A model generated the notes under the pieces. The model was given only the letters and a program-made list of their open reading frames with translations. It was not told where the DNA came from and did no database searches. From Eledone cirrhosa (taxonomy: Eukaryota), in NCBI GenBank assembly GCA_964016885.1, contig OZ024741.1, forward strand, positions 31,372,001 through 31,436,000: a stretch of DNA of 64,000 bases, given 5' to 3'. Below are positions 59,301 to 64,000 of this stretch, one piece after another; the stretch's first letter is position 1; each line of letters begins with the position of its first letter. Position numbers and translations under genes: made by a program.

Positions 59301-59957
59301 TTGGTTATTTTCTTTGTCCTTAGTCTCCCTTCTCCTTTTAATCCTATTACTTTCCCTTATTTCTGTGATTTCTGTGCTACTGTCATTACTTGTTTTCTGT
59401 GTCTGTGTGTTTGTTAAGATTGTGATGGTGGTGAGAGGCATTGAATGTGTGTGTGTTGTTGTTGTTGATGTGTGCTGTTGTTGATGTGTGTTGTTGTTGT
59501 CTCCGTGTGTGTTATTATTGTTGTGTGTGTTGTTATTGTTGTTTGTGTCTGCGTGTCTGTTATTGTTGTTTCTGGGTATGTTATTATTGTTGTTGTTGTT
59601 GGTGTGTGTGTTGTTGTTATTGTTGGTTGTGTCTGTGTGTCTGTTGTTGTTGGGATGTGTGTTGTATATGTGTGTGCGTATATTGTTGCTTTTGTTTTTG
59701 TTTTTGCTTTTGAGGCTCCAGCGTAGTTTTGTAAATGATTTTTCTATTTCTGACAGACAACTAATCATATTTACCTTCTTGATGTCGCAAATTTTGGGGG
59801 TAGACATAATACAGATAACTCATCGTCATCTATTACTGTGTTGCCGTATATATTTGTGTTGTTGTTGTTGTTGAACTCATCTGTTAATGAGGTGTCGGCC
59901 ATATTTATACCGTCAATTTTGTCGGGATATCTATTGGTATTCTCTATAGTATCCTGA
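56310..59957 (-). mobile_element. Near full-length Penelope-like element of a third type (RT + GIY-YIG), two frameshifts and one stop
   Basis: TDKSGR, LYGLRKDHK, PTRPVCGA, SMDVVSLYPS, GAAIG, RYVDD, LPVLD, C..KKCITC, NVVYSIRC, YIGETAR, RQITEA..LN; (AAC)-rich N-terminal expansion. Confidence 0.93.
56519..56561 (-). ncRNA. Minimal type I hammerhead ribozyme in PLE 3' UTR
   Basis: GTCA-CTGAAGA-G GTCA..TGAC-GAA-AGAACT-A-TGAC. Confidence 0.8.
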
Positions 59958-59982
59958 TATATATATATATATATATATATAT

Positions 59983-60225
59983 AGGAGAAAGTATGACCCC
60001 GACGGCAGAGCTCAATCAGTTTCGACGGCTATATCTGGACTAAAGTATGAGTCTTTTTAGAGACTAAAAACCTCTTACTTTAGTCCAAAAATAGTCGGCG
60101 AAACGGCTTGAGCTCTGCCGTCGGGGTCATACTTTCCCATATTACCAACTCTACTACCATAAGTATTGAGTACTCTGGTGCGTTATGGTCCATCTGGTTC
60201 CTTACCACAACTCCTTCGTTATGTA
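59983..60225. mobile_element. Fold-back of two PLE 3' ends, each with only the 3' half of an HHR
   Basis: GAAACGGCTTGAGCTCTGCCGTCGGGGT at 60100-60127 and an inverted diverged copy at ~59996-60023; same family as 47565-47660. Confidence 0.8.
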
Positions 60226-60757
60226 TATATATATATATGTGTGTGAGTGTGTGGTGTGTGAGTGTGTAAGCATGCATATATATATATATCCTGAATTATG
60301 TATGCTTTATTTACTAGGTTTACGAATTGAAAAATTCAGGTTTTGATTGTGGGTTTTGGACTTCAGAACTTTATATACACTCTACAAACTTATGAATAAG
60401 TCCTTTCCTTAAGTTGTATTCTTCCAAAAATAGTTTCTTTGTAATCTCTCTCTCCCACCTTCTCAATTTCTACCCCATCTCTACCTCCACCCTCTCTCTC
60501 CCTCCACCCTCTCACCCCCTCACCCCCTCCCTCTCTGTATATATGTGTATAATATAATATAATATAAAAAAAGTCACATAATATATACAGAGAGAGATAT
60601 ATATAAAATCCCGACCACAGCGCCAAGGCGAGGCTACTTGGTGCTGCAATCTAGAATTTACATTTCGCTATATATACTGGATTTCGCCATGCATTTTATA
60701 CTCCCATGATTAGTGGTCTCCTTGGTCTCAGCACCGAAGACTCTCTCTCTCTTTCTC

Positions 60758-60860
<103 letters not shown>

Positions 60861-60963
60861 ACACACACACACACACATACACCCCCCCCACACACACACA
60901 CGCACGCACACATATATATATATATATTATATTTACACTTGGAAACTCTGTTTCGAAGAATCG

Positions 60964-61060
60964 AGACGTATCTGAGGATCTTGCGATTTCAGAATCAGGT
61001 TCGATCATTGCATCGATCGTGCCTCGAGCTGGTCGCCAGAGAAACGATTGTAATATGTCT
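60964..61060 (+). ncRNA. Type I hammerhead ribozyme, 62-nt stem II
   Basis: AGACGTAT-CTGAGGA-TCT t GCGATT..GGTCGC c AGA-GAA-ACGATTGT-A-ATATGTCT; 8-bp stem I. Confidence 0.88.
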
Positions 61061-61393
61061 AATAAATTTTAATTCGTCGCACCACTGATTCTCCGTTTCT
61101 TATGTGATATTATAATCGACGGCTCAAACGGCCTTCCACATACGGACGCTTTAAGCATCCCATACCAATTATATTATATTTATATATATATTTAAATCAA
61201 TTGCGAACCAAATAAGTTACTTGAAATAGTTTTGTTAATGCCTATGTGCGTTACAAGTCGAATATAATAAGATAACACTAACGTATCGTCAGGTTATTAA
61301 TTCAGGATTTCTTTTGGCGGGGGGTGCAAGTCTCAAAGACATACAAGAATCCATAATCAATAAGAAAAAGAAATTGAAGAGATTTTTTCATCT

Positions 61394-61430
<37 letters not shown>

Positions 61431-61432
<2 letters not shown>

Positions 61433-61552
61433 TTCTGAGTTCAAAACTCGCCGAGGTTAACTTTGCCTTTCATCCTTACGGGGTTGATAAAATAAAGTAC
61501 CAGTGATACACTGGTATAATTGCTGGCCTTGTGCCAAAAGTAGAAACAATTA
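61431..61552 (+). mobile_element. tRNA/Nin-like SINE, 5'-truncated
   Basis: Aligns with the family. Confidence 0.9.
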
Positions 61553-61560
61553 TATTATAT

Positions 61561-61627
<67 letters not shown>

Positions 61628-61709
61628 TTTATATTAAACTGCACTTAATGTTGATACTATGTGACTAATGTCTTCTACGTGAGTTTGTGGTCTTGATTTG
61701 CTTAACTAC

Positions 61710-61758
<49 letters not shown>

Positions 61759-61759
61759 A

Positions 61760-62147
61760 GGAAGTTGTAGTTCACTTGAAGCATTGTGTAATGACATATA
61801 AACTATAAATGCAAATGCAAAAGATAATGTTGACAATTAGTCTTTTACCTTAAATTTATTTAAATATACTTAATTTTCGAGATAATATCTCTTCTTCGGA
61901 GGGAAGTAAAGTGCTTAATCCAGTGTTCTAATTAGCCTGCCAAATCATGCTGACAGGGTGACTTGGCAAGCTAATTAGAAACACTGGATTAACCACTTTA
62001 CTTCCCTCCGAAGAAGAGATATAATCTCGAAAATTAAGGATATTTAAATAAATTTAAGGTAAAAGACTAATTGTCAATAATATCTTTTGCATTTGCATTT
62101 ATATTCTATATCCATACCTGCATTGTCTTGGCATTACAACTACAAAC
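61760..62147. mobile_element. Fold-back element with ~185-bp arms in (TA)n, minimal HHR-like motif in each arm (61868-61902 minus, 62005-62039 plus)
   Basis: CCT-CCGAAGA-A GAGAT ata ATCTC-GAA-AATT-A-AGG; arms are reverse complements. Confidence 0.75.
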
Positions 62148-62226
<79 letters not shown>

Positions 62227-62622
62227 CATAGAAAAATCAGTGATGCATCTGAACTCAATATACATATATATATATATATAAATATATATGTGTATACTAT
62301 ATATACTATATATACACATGACTATATAGTAGAGAGAGAGAGGATGGAGAATTAGAGAGAGAGAGAGAGAGAGAGAGGGTGAAAGAGAGAGATGTGTGTG
62401 TGTGTGTGTGTGTGTGTGTATAATTATATAATATAAAATATTACATATATATATTTGTCTGAGGTGTATATATGTATTTACGCATAATATTCATGTACAT
62501 ATACATACAAATACACATATATCTATACATTATGCATTCATATGGATATATATCTACCTTCTATATTCTGTCATCTATCTTTGTGTATTCATATATATAT
62601 GTTATACACTAAAAAATATAGA

Positions 62623-62668
<46 letters not shown>

Positions 62669-62838
62669 TATATATATATATATATATATGTCTTTACATA
62701 CATAATAGTCACACACACACACACTCAGAGATGGATTGCAATATTTTAATAAATATATAATAAGACGAAATGAAATAAGTCTCTAAATAAAACGAATTGG
62801 AAAACATAGGAAGAAAATATGAAATATTAGTTTTAAAT

Positions 62839-63414
62839 AATTGTTTCTACTTTTGGCACAAGGCCAGCAATTATCCCAGTGTATTACTGGTACTTTATTT
62901 TATCGACCCCTTAAGGATGAAAGGCAAAGTTAACCTCGGCGGGTTTTGAGCTCAGTCCGTAAAAGGACGTAACTGTGTTGCAAAGCATGGCGTCCGACCC
63001 TCTACCGATACTGCCAATCCACTGCCCATATTAGTTTTAAATAATTGTTTCTACTTTAGGCACAAGGCCAGCAATCACCCAGGGCATTGCTGGTACTTTA
63101 TTTTATCGACCCCGTAAGGATGAAAGGCAAAGTCAAACCTCGGCGGGATTTGAACTCAGATCATAAAGGGACGTAACTATGCTGGAAAGCATGGCGTCCG
63201 ACCCTCTACCGATACTGCCAATAAAATAATTGTTTCTACTTTTGGCACAAGGCCAGCAATTATCCAGTGCATTACTGGTACTTTATTTTATCGACCCCGT
63301 AAGGATGAAAGGCAAAGTTAACCTCGGCGGGATTTGAACTCAAACCATAAAGGGGCGTAACTCTTTGCTGCAAAGCATAGCGTCAGACCCTCTACCGATA
63401 CTGCCAATCCACCG
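62839..63414 (-). mobile_element. Three tandem tRNA/Nin-like SINEs (62839-63028, 63043-63222, 63228-63414)
   Basis: Three head-to-tail diverged copies. Confidence 0.92.
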
Positions 63415-64000
63415 ATTAAATAATGACATATATATATATGACCACATAAAAACGATGTATAGAAACATTTGAAATATATGAAGTTAAGAATAAACAGAAT
63501 ATAATAGTACGAAAGGGGAGATAGAAAAAAATAAAGGAAGGTAGGAAGATAAAATAAATGTCAAAAAAAAAAAAAAGGGTGAGAAAAGAAAGAAAGAAAA
63601 AAAGAAGGAATGAAAGAGTGTGACTGAACATAAGTGAAGAATGAAATAATGTGGCTGAAAGAAAGTGAAGAACTATAGAATGGAGACAGACGGAAAAACC
63701 GGATCTGTACAGAGAAAGAATGGCGAGAAAAGAGAAACTGAATGAAAAATATAAATTGAATAAAATTATGATAAAAGAAAAAAAGCAAAGAACGTGAGAA
63801 AGAATAAAAGAAAGAAAGAAAATGTAAGAAAACAAAGAAGAAAGGAAAGAAAGGAACAAAAAATGAAAGAAAAATGTGTGTGAAAAGTAAGAGAATAAAA
63901 AATGGATGAAAACAAACTGTAGAGAAGGAAAGGAAGAGAGAAGGAATGAAAGTAAAAAATGAGAATATAGATTGAAAGAAAAATATGTTTGTAAAGGAAA

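Noticed and set aside
60618-60654. Helitron-like 3' hairpin plus CTAG
   Set aside because: Followed by A rather than T and no linked 5' end; too short to call.

Overview
Eukaryotic, gene-poor, repeat-dominated DNA. It is most likely an invertebrate and looks cephalopod-like, inferred from the (TA)n/(CA)n density, a tRNA-SINE with a Nin-type central domain and many Penelope-like elements. Bases 1-14255 are an 18-bp satellite with ~1.8-kb and ~1.5-kb higher-order periods; all long ORFs there are artefacts. Bases 14.3-20 kb are mostly trinucleotide repeats, with a 41-bp minisatellite and a hAT MITE. Bases 20-64 kb hold decayed retroelements: at least seven Penelope-like elements (PLEs; RT and/or GIY-YIG, at least three types), two Tx1-type LINEs, RTE fragments and ten SINE copies. 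No intact protein-coding gene is supported. The main hidden signal is RNA structure. Reading both strands by eye gives about 19 type I hammerhead ribozyme (HHR) motifs from many sequence families. Eight have a stem II extended to 36-99 nt, usually with a self-complementary stem-loop III. They lie in PLE 3' UTRs, in short non-coding fold-back elements inserted in (TA)n, and in a 484-bp tandem repeat that resembles a retrozyme. An 11-bp tandem array is built from the cleavage-site sequence of one HHR. All folds are manual and unconfirmed by software or experiment.
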